Assembly: GCA_963730185.1 (NCBI GenBank) | Contig: CAVSQW010000009.1 | Span: 192,001-256,000, forward strand | Source of the DNA: an uncultured Gemmatimonadales bacterium | GTDB lineage: Bacteria; Gemmatimonadota; Gemmatimonadetes; Gemmatimonadales; GWC2-71-9 | DNA length: 64,000 nucleotides | Direction of reading: 5' to 3' | Shown: piece by piece, positions 18,658 through 28,824 of the stretch | How the letters are laid out: every line of letters begins with the position of its first letter | How positions within the stretch are numbered: position 1 is the stretch's first letter | The notes under the pieces: model-generated | What the model was told of the DNA's origin: nothing | Seen by the model: the letters and a program-made list of their open reading frames with translations, nothing else | Database searches by the model: none | Position numbers and translations under genes: made by a program

Positions 18658-18698
18658 GGCGCCGGGTCCGGTTTGCGATCAGGCCGCGGCGCCGCGAG

Positions 18699-19166
18699 CT
18701 ATCGCGCGGAGAGGACCTCGACCACGAACACCAGATAGGAGTTGGGCGGGATCGGGCCGGCGCTCTGACTCCCGTAGGCCAACGACGGCGGGATCACCAG
18801 CTGCCGCCGGCCGCCCACCTTCATTCCCGTGACGCCCTCCTCGAACCCGGGAATCACCCGGCCGGCGCCGACCGTGAAAGTCAGGGGCGTGTCGGCCGGA
18901 CCGTTGGCGTCGAACTGGGTCCCGTCGGGCAACCAGCCGGTGTAGTGGACCGCTACCTGTTGACCGTGGGTGACCGTGGCGCCATCGCCCACCACCTGAT
19001 CTCGGTAGTAGAGGCCGTCGGCCGTCTTGGCCATGGCGGCCAGATCGACGCCGAGCGAGGCCGCGAAGGTCACGGTGCCGATGTCGGGATCGCTGGGACC
19101 GGTGCTCGAGCAGGCGACCAGCGAGAGGGTGGCGGCGAGCACGGTGAGGGTACGCAGGGTGGCCAT
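18699..19166 (-). CDS. FKBP-type peptidyl-prolyl isomerase, lipoprotein
   Basis: Lipobox LVAC; VHYTGWLPDGTQFD, VIPGFEEG, IPPSLAYG, IPPNSYLVFVVE. Confidence 0.95.
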   Translation of the reverse strand: MATLRTLTVLAATLSLVACSSTGPSDPDIGTVTFAASLGVDLAAMAKTADGLYYRDQVVGDGATVTHGQQVAVHYTGWLPDGTQFDANGPADTPLTFTVGAGRVIPGFEEGVTGMKVGGRRQLVIPPSLAYGSQSAGPIPPNSYLVFVVEVLSAR

Positions 19167-19285
19167 CGAACGACAAACCTCGGAAAACGTGAAGTCGAGA
19201 TGCGGGGCGGAAGGGTAGCCAACGCCGGGAGCCGCCGTCAATCGCTTCGGGTGGCCGTGGCGGCGGGCGGCCCCTACCTTAGGGC

Positions 19286-20113
19286 GTGCGGGTCGAACCC
19301 TATCTCGCCCGGGTCGGATACGATGGCCCACTGACGCCCTCGGTCGAGACGCTGCGGGCGCTGCATCGGGCCCACCTTCTCTCGATCAGCTACGAAAATC
19401 TCGACATTCACCTCGGCCGGCGGATGGAGCTGGACCCGGCCCGGATCTACGCCAAGCTCGTCGAGCGGAAGCGGGGTGGCTGGTGCTTCGAGATGAACGG
19501 CCTCTTCGCCTGGGTGCTCCGGGAGCTTGGCTTCGAGGTGACCATGGTGTCCGGCACCGTGGGCGGCGCCCGTCACGGCCAGAGTCGTCCGGGCAACCAT
19601 CTGGTGCTCGTGGCGTCGCTCGATCGGCCCTGGCTGGTCGACGTGGGCTTCGGTGACGGGTTTCTGGAGCCTCTCCCGTTGGAGCCGGGCGCGTATACCG
19701 GTCACGGGTTCGATTTTCGTCTCCAGCGCGACGGATCGTGGTGGGTGTTCCACAACCATCGCTTCGGCGCCGCGCCGTCGTATGACTTTCAGCTGGTGCC
19801 CCGGAAGCTCGACGACTTCGCGGGCCGATCGCACGAGCTGGCGACATCGCCCGACTCGAGCTTTGTGCAGAAGGCCGTGTGTCAACGCTTCACGCCGGGT
19901 GGGATCGCGACCCTGCGGGGCGCAGTCTTCCGCGAGGTGACCCCGACCGGCGCGACCGAGCGGGTCGTCACCCGCCTGGACGAATACCGCTCGGTGCTGG
20001 CCGACCGCTTCGGTCTCGAGATCGACGGGCTGGAGCCTCTCTGGCGGCGCGTTCAGGAGAGCCACCGGGCCTGGGTCGCGTCTCGAGGGCCGGTCATGGG
20101 CCCATCCGATTGA
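19286..20113 (+). CDS. Arylamine N-acetyltransferase
   Basis: SYENLD, RGGWCFEMN (catalytic Cys), NHLVL, LVDVGFG. Confidence 0.93.
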   Translation: MRVEPYLARVGYDGPLTPSVETLRALHRAHLLSISYENLDIHLGRRMELDPARIYAKLVERKRGGWCFEMNGLFAWVLRELGFEVTMVSGTVGGARHGQSRPGNHLVLVASLDRPWLVDVGFGDGFLEPLPLEPGAYTGHGFDFRLQRDGSWWVFHNHRFGAAPSYDFQLVPRKLDDFAGRSHELATSPDSSFVQKAVCQRFTPGGIATLRGAVFREVTPTGATERVVTRLDEYRSVLADRFGLEIDGLEPLWRRVQESHRAWVASRGPVMGPSD

Positions 20114-20149
20114 CGCACGGCATCCGCCTCATCTTACGGAGATGTCTCG

Positions 20150-21346
20150 ATGACTCACCGAGCCGCGACGGTCCTGACCTTCCTGGCCGGTCTGGCCACC
20201 ACCAGCCTGGCCGGCCAGAGCCAGCGCCCGGCGATTCCGACCGATCCCTTTCCGGTCCCGTCGGGCCGCTACCAGGTCGGCACCCGGGACTACGAGTGGA
20301 CCGACCTTTCCCGCCCCGAGCGCTACACCAAGGTCCCGTCCGATCATCGGACCGTGCTGGTCCAGATCTGGTACCCCGCCGATCCAGCCCCGGGGTCCGC
20401 GGCGGCGCCCTATCTCCTCCATCCGACGACCGTCGCCGATACCCAGGTGGCCCGAGTGGGCCGAACGATCCACGCCCACGCCGTGGTCGACGCGCCCCTG
20501 GCCGGGAGCCAGCCCCGTTGGCCCGTGCTCCTCTACAATCACGGCGGTGCGTGGAGTCGGTGGAGCGCCACCTTCGCGACGGAAGAGCTCGCCAGCCACG
20601 GCTACGTGGTGGTGAGCGTCGAGCACCCTGGGTTCAGCCAGACCGGCGGATTCCTCGACGGGCGCCGGTTCGCCGCCGACACACTCGGGTTTCCGACGCC
20701 GACCCAGGACCTCGCGACCGACGCTCGGGCCTCCTGGACCTATCTGGATGAAGTCGTCTTTCCGATCTGGGTCGCCGACGCCCGATTCGCCCTGGACCGG
20801 TTGACCGAGCTCGATCGCCAAGGCGGCCTTTGGCAGGGACGCCTGGCGCTCGACCGGGTGGGTGCGTTCGGGTGGTCGTTCGGCGGCGCCACCGCGGTGG
20901 AGCTCAGCCGCGTGGACCCCCGCGTTGCGGTGGCGGTCGACCAGGATGGCCAGCTGTTCGGTGGGGCGAAGACGGCCGGCACGGCCCGACCGGTGCTGCT
21001 GATGCACCACGGTCTCGACGACGCGATGGAGATGCCGGAGGCGCAGCGCCCGGTGATGCGGCAGCTGATGGCCGAAGCCCAGGCGGACGACAGCACGGCG
21101 CGGGTCCACTCCACCGGGGCGTGGAGCGAGTTGACGATCGCCAAGACCCAGCACGGCCATTTCTCCGATCTGCTCCTCTTCTACCCCCATTCGCCCGCCC
21201 AGCTCGATCCCGGGATGGCGCACACCATCATCAACGCCTACACCCTCGCCTTCTTCGATCGGTACTTGAAGAACCGGCCCAGCGACCTCCTGACGCCTGG
21301 GCACGAGCCCTTCCCGGACGCCACCTTGAAGGTCTGGCGGCCCTGA
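20150..21346 (+). CDS. Secreted alpha/beta hydrolase (PAF-acetylhydrolase-like)
   Basis: Signal peptide; PSGRYQVG, VQIWYP, ELASHGYVVV, GWSFGG nucleophile elbow, DQDG, HGHFSD. Confidence 0.88.
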   Translation: MTHRAATVLTFLAGLATTSLAGQSQRPAIPTDPFPVPSGRYQVGTRDYEWTDLSRPERYTKVPSDHRTVLVQIWYPADPAPGSAAAPYLLHPTTVADTQVARVGRTIHAHAVVDAPLAGSQPRWPVLLYNHGGAWSRWSATFATEELASHGYVVVSVEHPGFSQTGGFLDGRRFAADTLGFPTPTQDLATDARASWTYLDEVVFPIWVADARFALDRLTELDRQGGLWQGRLALDRVGAFGWSFGGATAVELSRVDPRVAVAVDQDGQLFGGAKTAGTARPVLLMHHGLDDAMEMPEAQRPVMRQLMAEAQADDSTARVHSTGAWSELTIAKTQHGHFSDLLLFYPHSPAQLDPGMAHTIINAYTLAFFDRYLKNRPSDLLTPGHEPFPDATLKVWRP

Positions 21347-22498
21347 GTGGGGTCCCTGCTCTCGCCGGACGCCGGCTTCGCGCTGTGGGCCGTGCTGCTG
21401 GCGGGCGCGGCGTTCGCGGCCTGGGCGGAGAACACCCGGCTGGGCCATCGGCTCTCGGGTGTCCTGATTGCCATCCTCCTGGCCATGGTGCTGTCGAATG
21501 TCCGGGTGATCCCCCGGGCCAGCCCGACCTACGAGACGGCGCTCGAATACCTGATCCCAGTCTCGATTCCGTTGCTCCTGTTCGACGCCAACCTGAGGCG
21601 GATCGTCAAGGACACGGGCCGGATGCTCCTGGCCTTCGGGATCGGCACGGTGGGCGCGGTGTTGGGCGCGTGGATCGGGGTGCATCTCATTCCCCTGGGC
21701 GACGCCGCGCCGGAGCTGGCGGGAGTCTTCAGCTCGACCTACATCGGGGGCGGCCTCAACTTCATGGCGGTGGCGCAGGCGACCGGGTTCACGAGCGACG
21801 GCAGCCGGCTCGCCGCCAGCGTGGCCGCCGACAACATCGTCACCGCGGTGTACATGATCGCGGTGATGGCCCTGCCGTCGCTGCTCTGGCTCCGCCGCCT
21901 GATTCCGTCGGCGATCGCCGACCGGGAGGAGAGCGACTTCCAGCGCGAAGCCGCCCATCTGGAGGTGGTCCCGCCGCCGCCCTTTCGGGTGGCTTCGGTC
22001 TGCCTCGCGCTGGCGTTGGCGATGACGATCGCGGCACTAGGGTACTGGCTGGCCGACCTGGTGGGGCTGGGCGGCTTCGGAATCCTGTTCGTGTCGCTGC
22101 TGGCGCTGGTGCCGGCCAACGCGTTTCCGAAGCTCACCCCCTATCTCGCCGGCCACGGCGAGCTGGGGATGATCGGGATCTACATCTTCCTCTTCGTGAT
22201 GGGGGCCAAGGCCGACGTCTGGGCGATGATCGGGACCGCCCTTCCGATCACCGCGTTCGCGCTGGTGATCGTCTTCGTCCACATGATCTTCACGATCGCG
22301 GTCGGAGGGCTCTTCCGGCTCGACCTGGCCGAGCTGGTGATCGCCTCGAACGCCTGCGTCGGGGGGTCGGCGTCGGCCGGACCGATCGCCGCCGCCCGCG
22401 GCTGGCGCGAGCTGGTGACCCCCGGCATCCTCTGCGGCGCGCTCGGGAACGCCGTCGGCACCTTCATCGGGGTCGCTCTGACCCAGCTGCTCCGGTAG
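21347..22498 (+). CDS. DUF819-family multi-pass membrane protein
   Basis: IPLLLFDANL, TYIGGGLNF, AADN, IASNACVGG; about 10 TM segments. Confidence 0.85.
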   Translation: MGSLLSPDAGFALWAVLLAGAAFAAWAENTRLGHRLSGVLIAILLAMVLSNVRVIPRASPTYETALEYLIPVSIPLLLFDANLRRIVKDTGRMLLAFGIGTVGAVLGAWIGVHLIPLGDAAPELAGVFSSTYIGGGLNFMAVAQATGFTSDGSRLAASVAADNIVTAVYMIAVMALPSLLWLRRLIPSAIADREESDFQREAAHLEVVPPPPFRVASVCLALALAMTIAALGYWLADLVGLGGFGILFVSLLALVPANAFPKLTPYLAGHGELGMIGIYIFLFVMGAKADVWAMIGTALPITAFALVIVFVHMIFTIAVGGLFRLDLAELVIASNACVGGSASAGPIAAARGWRELVTPGILCGALGNAVGTFIGVALTQLLR

Positions 22499-22507
22499 CC
22501 TCCCCGG

Positions 22508-24409
22508 TCAGGGCAGGACCCCGATCTCGATCCGCGACGGCGCGGCCGGGGTTCGATAAACGCGCTCGGTCGCCGCCTTGAAATCGCTCGCCTTGGCGTG
22601 ATAGATGTCCACGAAGGTCTGCGGGTTCCGATCGATCAGCGGGAACCACGAGCTCTGGATCTGCACCATGATCCGGTGACCCTTCCGGAAGGTGTGCAGG
22701 ACATCCAGCATCGAGAACTCGACCTTGGTGACCCGGCCGGGCTGGAACGGCACCGGCTTCTCGAGGCTCTCCCGGAACTTGCCCCGCATCACGTCGCCCC
22801 GAACCAGCTCCTGATACCCGCCCATCGGATCGCCGGGGCGGAGCGGGCCCGTTCCGGTGGAGGCCGCCCGCTCGGGCGCGTCGTCGGGATAGACGTCGAT
22901 CAACTTGACCACCCAGTCGGCGTCGGTGCCGCTGGTCGAGACCCAGAGGCTCGGCCGGATCGGTCCCGCGATGGTCAGGTCTTCGGCGAGCGGCGCCGTC
23001 TGGTAGACCAGAACGTCCGGCCGGCGCGACGCGAAGCGCTGGTCCTGGATCTGGTAGTCGATCGTCATGTCGGTCGCGAGGCCCTCGATGTAGGGAACCG
23101 GCCGCGCTGGGTCGCTGACGTACTGGTCGGAGCCTCCGGTGGTGGTCGGCGGAGCGAATCCCAGCCCGCCGTCCGGTCCGAGGTAGAGCGACCTCGGGGT
23201 GACGCCCTTGGGCGGCCAGGCGTCGAAGGTCCGCCACCGGTCGCCGCCGGTCTCGAAGACGTAGGCCGCGGGGAGTCCGGGGTCCCTGCCCTCGAGCCGG
23301 CTGGTGAAGAACGGCGCCTCGATGCTGTCGCGGAAGAACGCGCCAGTGGCCGTCCCGAACGACACGTCGCCGAGCGAGGTGCCGGCATCATAGGCCCATT
23401 GGCCATGGGACCACGGACCCACGACCAGCACGTTCGACCCGCCCGGGGTGGTTTCGCCGACCCGACGATGGACCGCGAGCGCCCCCGCGAGGTTGTTCGA
23501 GTCGTACCAGCCTCCGACCGTCATCACTGCCGGACGAATGTTCTTCAAGTGCGGGACGATGCTCCGCGCCTTCCAGAAGGCGTCGTAGGTGCCGTGGTCC
23601 ATCAGCTCGTTCCAGAACGGGATTCCGCCCTTGAAGTACTTCGCGTCGGCATTGGCCAGCGGCCCCAGGTCGAGGAAGAAGCGATAGCCGTCGGGCGAGG
23701 GGAACTCGAACCCGCCTCCCGATCGGGTCGTCGGCGCCGGCCGGGGGTGGCCGAAGAACGAGAAGAAGTTGAAGCCGGAGGCTACCAGAAAGGCGCCGTG
23801 GTGGTGGAGATCGTCGCCGGCGAACCAGTCGGCCTGGGGCGCCTGGGGTGACGCCGCCACGAGGGCGGGGTGGGCGTCGATCATGCCCGCCGCGGCGAAG
23901 AAGCCGTTGTAGGAAATGCCCCAGAGGGCCACCCGGCCGTCGTTGTGCGGCACGTGCTTGACCAGCCAGTCGATGGTGTCCCAGGTGTCCGTGCTCTCGT
24001 CGATGTCGCTCGGGCCCCGCTTGTGGTCGAGGTGCGGAGTCATGTTGACGAACGTGCCCTCGGACAGGTACCGGCCGCGAACGTCCTGGGCGACGTAGAT
24101 GAAGGGTCGCCGCTCGAAGCCGACCGCCGGTCCGAGGAACCTGGGGTAGCGATCCGGCCCGTAGGGCGCGACGCTGTACGGTCGCCGGGTCAGGATCATG
24201 GCGTAGCGCCGGCTGGTGTCCCGGGGGACGAACACCGTGGTGAACAGCTCGACCCCGTCCCGCATCGGAATTCGCTGCTCGATCTTGGTGTAGTGGGCCC
24301 GGACGTAGGCGGTATCGCCGCTGATCTGGGCTCGCAGGGCGGATGGGCCGACGGTGGCGGCGAGCGCCAGGCTGGTCGAGGCCAGCCAGCGAATCTTGGT
24401 GAATGTCAT
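22508..24409 (-). CDS. CocE/NonD-family hydrolase (alpha-amino acid ester hydrolase-like, S15)
   Basis: IPMRDGVEL, QDVRGRY, WGISYNG nucleophile, GGWYD, GPWSHG; signal peptide. Confidence 0.93.
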   Translation of the reverse strand: MTFTKIRWLASTSLALAATVGPSALRAQISGDTAYVRAHYTKIEQRIPMRDGVELFTTVFVPRDTSRRYAMILTRRPYSVAPYGPDRYPRFLGPAVGFERRPFIYVAQDVRGRYLSEGTFVNMTPHLDHKRGPSDIDESTDTWDTIDWLVKHVPHNDGRVALWGISYNGFFAAAGMIDAHPALVAASPQAPQADWFAGDDLHHHGAFLVASGFNFFSFFGHPRPAPTTRSGGGFEFPSPDGYRFFLDLGPLANADAKYFKGGIPFWNELMDHGTYDAFWKARSIVPHLKNIRPAVMTVGGWYDSNNLAGALAVHRRVGETTPGGSNVLVVGPWSHGQWAYDAGTSLGDVSFGTATGAFFRDSIEAPFFTSRLEGRDPGLPAAYVFETGGDRWRTFDAWPPKGVTPRSLYLGPDGGLGFAPPTTTGGSDQYVSDPARPVPYIEGLATDMTIDYQIQDQRFASRRPDVLVYQTAPLAEDLTIAGPIRPSLWVSTSGTDADWVVKLIDVYPDDAPERAASTGTGPLRPGDPMGGYQELVRGDVMRGKFRESLEKPVPFQPGRVTKVEFSMLDVLHTFRKGHRIMVQIQSSWFPLIDRNPQTFVDIYHAKASDFKAATERVYRTPAAPSRIEIGVLP

Positions 24410-24758
24410 GCCTGATAGTACCGGTGGCCGACCCAGCCCGCCATTTGATGTTGGGTCACCAGCCACCGAGCGGCGGTTTCCGCAGCCAAGGTGCGGCGTG
24501 CTTTCGTCGCGGGGTTGCGACACGCCGCAGGCTCGAAGCCTTGCACTCACCGCTCGAATATCGAACAGCTGACGGTCTCGGTCAAACTTACTCAAGTGAT
24601 TTGCTGACAATGTGTTGAACAAACGCCGTCGGGGCTTCCGTCAGCGTCGATACTTTCCGTGACCTCTGGCGGCAGAATTCTTGACAGGTGATCGGCCGGA
24701 TCCGGTGCGTTCGATGGTTCTCGGCGCTGGGTCGCCAGCCACCGCTTCGAGGAGCACC

Positions 24759-26477
24759 ATGTCGGGATCGCGGCCAGGATCGATGTCCCCGATCGGGCAG
24801 CGCCGTCACCTGTTGACGGTGGGTCTCGAGGACTACTTCCAAGTTGGGGCTTTCAATCGTCTGATCCAGCGGGGCCAGTGGTATCGGTTCGAGACGCGGG
24901 TTCTCCGTGGGGCACGGGCCACGCTCGACCTCCTGGACGAGTTCGGCGTGACCGCCACGTTCTTCACCTCCGGGTGGATCGCCGAACGGGCTCCGGAGGT
25001 GGTTCGCGAGGTCGCCGAGCGCGGCCATGAGGTCGCGAGCTCGGGTTTTCACCACCGCCGGATCCGGGATCTCACCCGGGCCGAGTTCCGGGACGATCTG
25101 GCCCGGGCTCGGACGGCGCTCCAGGCGGCGAGCGGTCAACCGATCCACGGCTATCGGGTTCCGCGCGGCTGGTTCCGCCCGGAGGATCTCTGGGCGCTCG
25201 ACGTCCTGGCCGAGGAAGGATACGCCTACGACTCCAGCGTCGGGTGTCTCTTCCGTCGCTATGCGCGCGAGCCCTGGCGCCGCGTTGCCCATCACCACCA
25301 ATTCGGCGGGCGGAGCCTTTGGGAGTTCCCGCCTTCGGCGATGACCTGGGGCGGCTGGTTCCTGCCAATCGCCGGGGGAAATTACTTCCGGCAGCTGCCC
25401 GATCCGCTGATCCGGAGCGCGGTGGCGCGGTGGGACCGGTCCGAGTCGGCGCCGTTCGTGATGTACTTCCACACGTGGGAGATGGACCTGGAGCAGCCCC
25501 AGATCACCGGCGCTCCCCTCTTCCAACGGATTCGACAGTACCGCAACCTGCACCGGATGCCCGATCTCGTCCGCGCGTATCTGGGACGGTACCAATTTCA
25601 ATCGATCGCCCGGCATCTCGGGCTCTCCCTCGACGAGCAAGTGCCGGCGGCGGCCCGGCCGACGGCGACCCCAGTCGTCGCGGCGCTCCCGCCCCGCCGG
25701 ACCGACCGTGTGCCGGTGAGCGTCGTGATCCCGTGCTACAACGAGGAGCTGGTCCTTCCCTACCTCCGGAACACCCTGGCCAGCGTGGAGACGGAGCTGG
25801 CCGACGACTACGACGTGAGTTTCGTGTTCGTCGACGACGCCAGTCGCGACGACACCTTCGCGGCTCTCGAACGGAATTTCGGCGAGCGCGACAACGTCAC
25901 CATCGTGCGTCATCCCGAAAACCAGGGGGTGGCGGCCGCGATTCTTTCCGGCCTTCGGGCCAGCGACGCGGGCGTGGCCTGCTCGATCGATTGCGACTGC
26001 ACCTACGACCCCCACGAGCTGACCCGGATGATCCCCCTGCTCGAGCCGGGTGTCGATCTGGTCACCGCCTCGCCCTACCACCCCCGGGGCTCGGTGCGGA
26101 ACGTCCCTCGGTGGCGGCTGGCGCTCTCCCGATCGCTGTCCTGGCTCTACCGCCGGGTCCTGCGCCAGAAGCTCCACACCTACACCAGCTGCTTCCGGGT
26201 GTACCGCCGCGCCAGCGTCGCCTCGCTCGAACTCGCGAACGGTGGCTTTCTCGGGGTGGCGGAGACGTTGGGGCGGCTCGATCTCCAGGGCCGCCGGATC
26301 GTCGAATTCCCGACGACGCTCGAGGTCCGAGTGCTGGGCCATTCCAAAATGAAGGTCGTCCGCACCATCGGCGGGCACTTAGTGCTCCTGGCCCGGCTGC
26401 TCCGGCTCCGGCTCCGGTCACCGAGGAGCAACCCGGGTGGCCCGGCGGCGCCGACGCCGACGATGAGGGCGGCGTGA
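24759..26477 (+). CDS. Fusion of a DUF3473/CE4 polysaccharide-deacetylase-like domain and a GT2 glycosyltransferase
   Basis: N-terminal LEDYFQV, YDSS, GGNYFR, YFHTWE; C-terminal VVIPCYNEE, VDDASRD, IDCDCTY; GAGGAG RBS. Confidence 0.9.
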   Translation: MSGSRPGSMSPIGQRRHLLTVGLEDYFQVGAFNRLIQRGQWYRFETRVLRGARATLDLLDEFGVTATFFTSGWIAERAPEVVREVAERGHEVASSGFHHRRIRDLTRAEFRDDLARARTALQAASGQPIHGYRVPRGWFRPEDLWALDVLAEEGYAYDSSVGCLFRRYAREPWRRVAHHHQFGGRSLWEFPPSAMTWGGWFLPIAGGNYFRQLPDPLIRSAVARWDRSESAPFVMYFHTWEMDLEQPQITGAPLFQRIRQYRNLHRMPDLVRAYLGRYQFQSIARHLGLSLDEQVPAAARPTATPVVAALPPRRTDRVPVSVVIPCYNEELVLPYLRNTLASVETELADDYDVSFVFVDDASRDDTFAALERNFGERDNVTIVRHPENQGVAAAILSGLRASDAGVACSIDCDCTYDPHELTRMIPLLEPGVDLVTASPYHPRGSVRNVPRWRLALSRSLSWLYRRVLRQKLHTYTSCFRVYRRASVASLELANGGFLGVAETLGRLDLQGRRIVEFPTTLEVRVLGHSKMKVVRTIGGHLVLLARLLRLRLRSPRSNPGGPAAPTPTMRAA

Positions 26478-27823
26478 CCGCGCCTCACGTCGGGATCGTC
26501 GGGGGCGGGGTGCTCGGCATGACGCTCGCGCTCGGTCTCCGGAAGCGAGGCCACCGGGTGACCGTCCTCGAGGGGGCGTCGGCGCCGGGCGGGCTGGCGG
26601 CTCCGGCCGAGATCGGTGGCTTTACCTGGGACCGGTTCTATCATGTCATCGCCCCGGGCGACGAGCAGCTCCTCGGGCTCCTAGACGAGCTCGACCTGAC
26701 CGACGCGGTGCGCTGGGGCACCACCCGAACCGGCTTCTTCACCGACGACCGATTCCACTCGATGTCGTCGTCGTGGGAGTTCCTCCGGTTCCCCCCGCTG
26801 TCCCTGGTCGACAAGGCCCGCTTGGGCCTCACCATCCTCCATGCCTCCCGAATCACGGACGGGCGTCCGCTCGAGGACATCCCGGCCGTGGACTGGCTCC
26901 GCCGCTGGTCGGGCCGGAACACGCTGAACCGGATCTGGCTGCCGCTGCTCAAGGCGAAGCTGGGCGAGAACTACCGCCAGGCCAGCGCCGCGTTCATCTG
27001 GGCGATCGTTGCCCGGATGTACGCGGCCCGGCGGAATGGACTCAAGCGGGAGCAGTTCGGCTACGTCGACGGCGGCTACGACCGGGTGCTCCGGCGGCTC
27101 CGGGAGCGCCTCGAGGAGCAGGGCGTGGCGCTCATCTGCGGTGCGGCCGTGACGGGGGTGCAGTCGGACGGGGCGGGACCCCGGGTGACGCTCGCGGGCG
27201 GTGAGGAGCGAGCGTTCGACCAGGTGATCCTGACCATGCCTGCCACGAAGATCCCCCAGCTCTGCCCCGACCTCACCCGCGCGGAGACGTCGCGCCTGGA
27301 GCGAGTCGTCTACCAGGGCATCGTCTGTGCGTCGCTCCTCCTCAAGCGTCCGCTTTCGGGGTTTTACGTCACCAACATCACCGAGGCGTGGGTCCCGTTC
27401 ACGGCCGTGATCGAGACGACCGCCTTGGTGGATCGGGACCGCTTCGGGGGCCACACGCTGGTGTATCTCCCGCGATACCTGACGCAGGATGACGCCTTCT
27501 GGCGGCGATCCGACGATGAGGTCCGGACCGAGTTCGTCGCGGCCCTTCGGCGGATGTATCCCGACCTTCGGCCCGACGACATCGTCGCGTTTCGGACCTC
27601 TCGGGTCCGGGAGGTGCTCGCGCTGGCCACCCGGGGGTACACCCGCGAGGCGCTGCCTCCGACCCGGACCTCCCTTCCCGGTGTCTGGATCGTCAACTCG
27701 GCCCAGATCGCGAACGGCACCCTCAATCTGAACGAGACCGTGGGCCTTGCCGGCCGCAAGCTGGACGAGCTGGGACCGGTCTTCGACGCGACTCGGCCGG
27801 CCCGCGAGCCGGCCGCCCGGTGA
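26474..27823 (+). CDS. FAD-dependent oxidoreductase (amine oxidase/HemY-like family)
   Basis: IVGGGVLG dinucleotide motif, WDRFYHVI, GYVDGGY; GTGA overlap. Confidence 0.88.
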   Translation: MTAPHVGIVGGGVLGMTLALGLRKRGHRVTVLEGASAPGGLAAPAEIGGFTWDRFYHVIAPGDEQLLGLLDELDLTDAVRWGTTRTGFFTDDRFHSMSSSWEFLRFPPLSLVDKARLGLTILHASRITDGRPLEDIPAVDWLRRWSGRNTLNRIWLPLLKAKLGENYRQASAAFIWAIVARMYAARRNGLKREQFGYVDGGYDRVLRRLRERLEEQGVALICGAAVTGVQSDGAGPRVTLAGGEERAFDQVILTMPATKIPQLCPDLTRAETSRLERVVYQGIVCASLLLKRPLSGFYVTNITEAWVPFTAVIETTALVDRDRFGGHTLVYLPRYLTQDDAFWRRSDDEVRTEFVAALRRMYPDLRPDDIVAFRTSRVREVLALATRGYTREALPPTRTSLPGVWIVNSAQIANGTLNLNETVGLAGRKLDELGPVFDATRPAREPAAR

Positions 27824-28821
27824 CACCGATGCCGACCCGCCCGATGGCGAGCGTCTCGCTCGATCTCGACAACCTCTGGTCGTATCTCAAGACCCACGGC
27901 GATGCCGGGTGGGAGCGGCGTCCGACCTACCTGCCCGGCTTCGTGCCCCCGGTGCTGGATCTCCTCGACCACCTCGGTCTCCGGATCACCTTCTTCGTGG
28001 TGGGCGTGGACGCCGACCGCGCGGAGAACGCCGGCGCGCTCGCGGCGATTACGGCCCGCGGTCACGAGGTCGGCAACCACTCGTACGAGCACGAGCCCTG
28101 GCTGCACCGGTACTCGGCCGCGCAGCTGGACGAGGAGATCGCCCGGGCGGACGAGGCCGTGACCCGGGCCACGGGCCAACGACCGGTCGGGTTCCGAGGC
28201 CCGGGGTACAGCTGGAGCCCCACCCTGCTCGAGGTACTCCAGCGGCGAGGCTATCTCTTCGACTCGTCCACCCTACCGACCTACATCGGACCGTTGGCCC
28301 GGGCCTACTACTTCGCGACGGCCAAGCTCTCCCGGGCGGCCCGGGCGGAACGGGCAGCCCTGTTTGGAACGGTCCAGGACGGGCTCCGGCCGGTCAAGCC
28401 GTACGCTTGGCTGCTCGGCGACGGCCCGGGCCTGCTCGAGATTCCGGTGACGACGATCCCCGGCCTCAAACTGCCCTTCCACCTGAGCTACCTCCTCTAC
28501 CTGAGCCGGTACTCGGAGGCGGCGGCCATCGGATACCTCCGGTCGGCGCTTGCCCTCTGTCGCCTGACCGGCACCGAGCCCTGCTTCCTGCTCCACCCGC
28601 TCGACCTGGTCGGCGGCGATCAGGCGCCGGACCTTCGCTTCTTTCCCGGCATGGACCTCGGCACCGACCGAAAGCAGCAGTTCTTCCTCCGCGTGCTCGA
28701 GACCCTGGGGCGATGGTATACCCCGGTCGCGATGAGCACCCACGCGCGCTCGATCATCGGCCGGGGCGGACTCCGGGTCCGCCGCCCGGTCGGCCTCGAG
28801 ACCGCCCCGGCGGAGGCCTGA
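27820..28821 (+). CDS. Polysaccharide deacetylase (CE4)
   Basis: SLDLDNLW, TFFVVG, HEVGNHSYEH, GFRGPG, FDSS, LLHPLD. Confidence 0.9.
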   Translation: MTPMPTRPMASVSLDLDNLWSYLKTHGDAGWERRPTYLPGFVPPVLDLLDHLGLRITFFVVGVDADRAENAGALAAITARGHEVGNHSYEHEPWLHRYSAAQLDEEIARADEAVTRATGQRPVGFRGPGYSWSPTLLEVLQRRGYLFDSSTLPTYIGPLARAYYFATAKLSRAARAERAALFGTVQDGLRPVKPYAWLLGDGPGLLEIPVTTIPGLKLPFHLSYLLYLSRYSEAAAIGYLRSALALCRLTGTEPCFLLHPLDLVGGDQAPDLRFFPGMDLGTDRKQQFFLRVLETLGRWYTPVAMSTHARSIIGRGGLRVRRPVGLETAPAEA

Positions 28822-28824
28822 GCG

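Noticed and set aside
19167..19225. Similar leader (gctaccct...cgacttc...ccgaggttt...cgatg) before the FKBP and M19 genes
   Set aside because: Explained by ordinary -10 and SD elements; too short to call a repeat
26474..27823. Calling the FAD enzyme hemY
   Set aside because: Its glycan-operon context argues against a haem role; the family similarity is only fold-level
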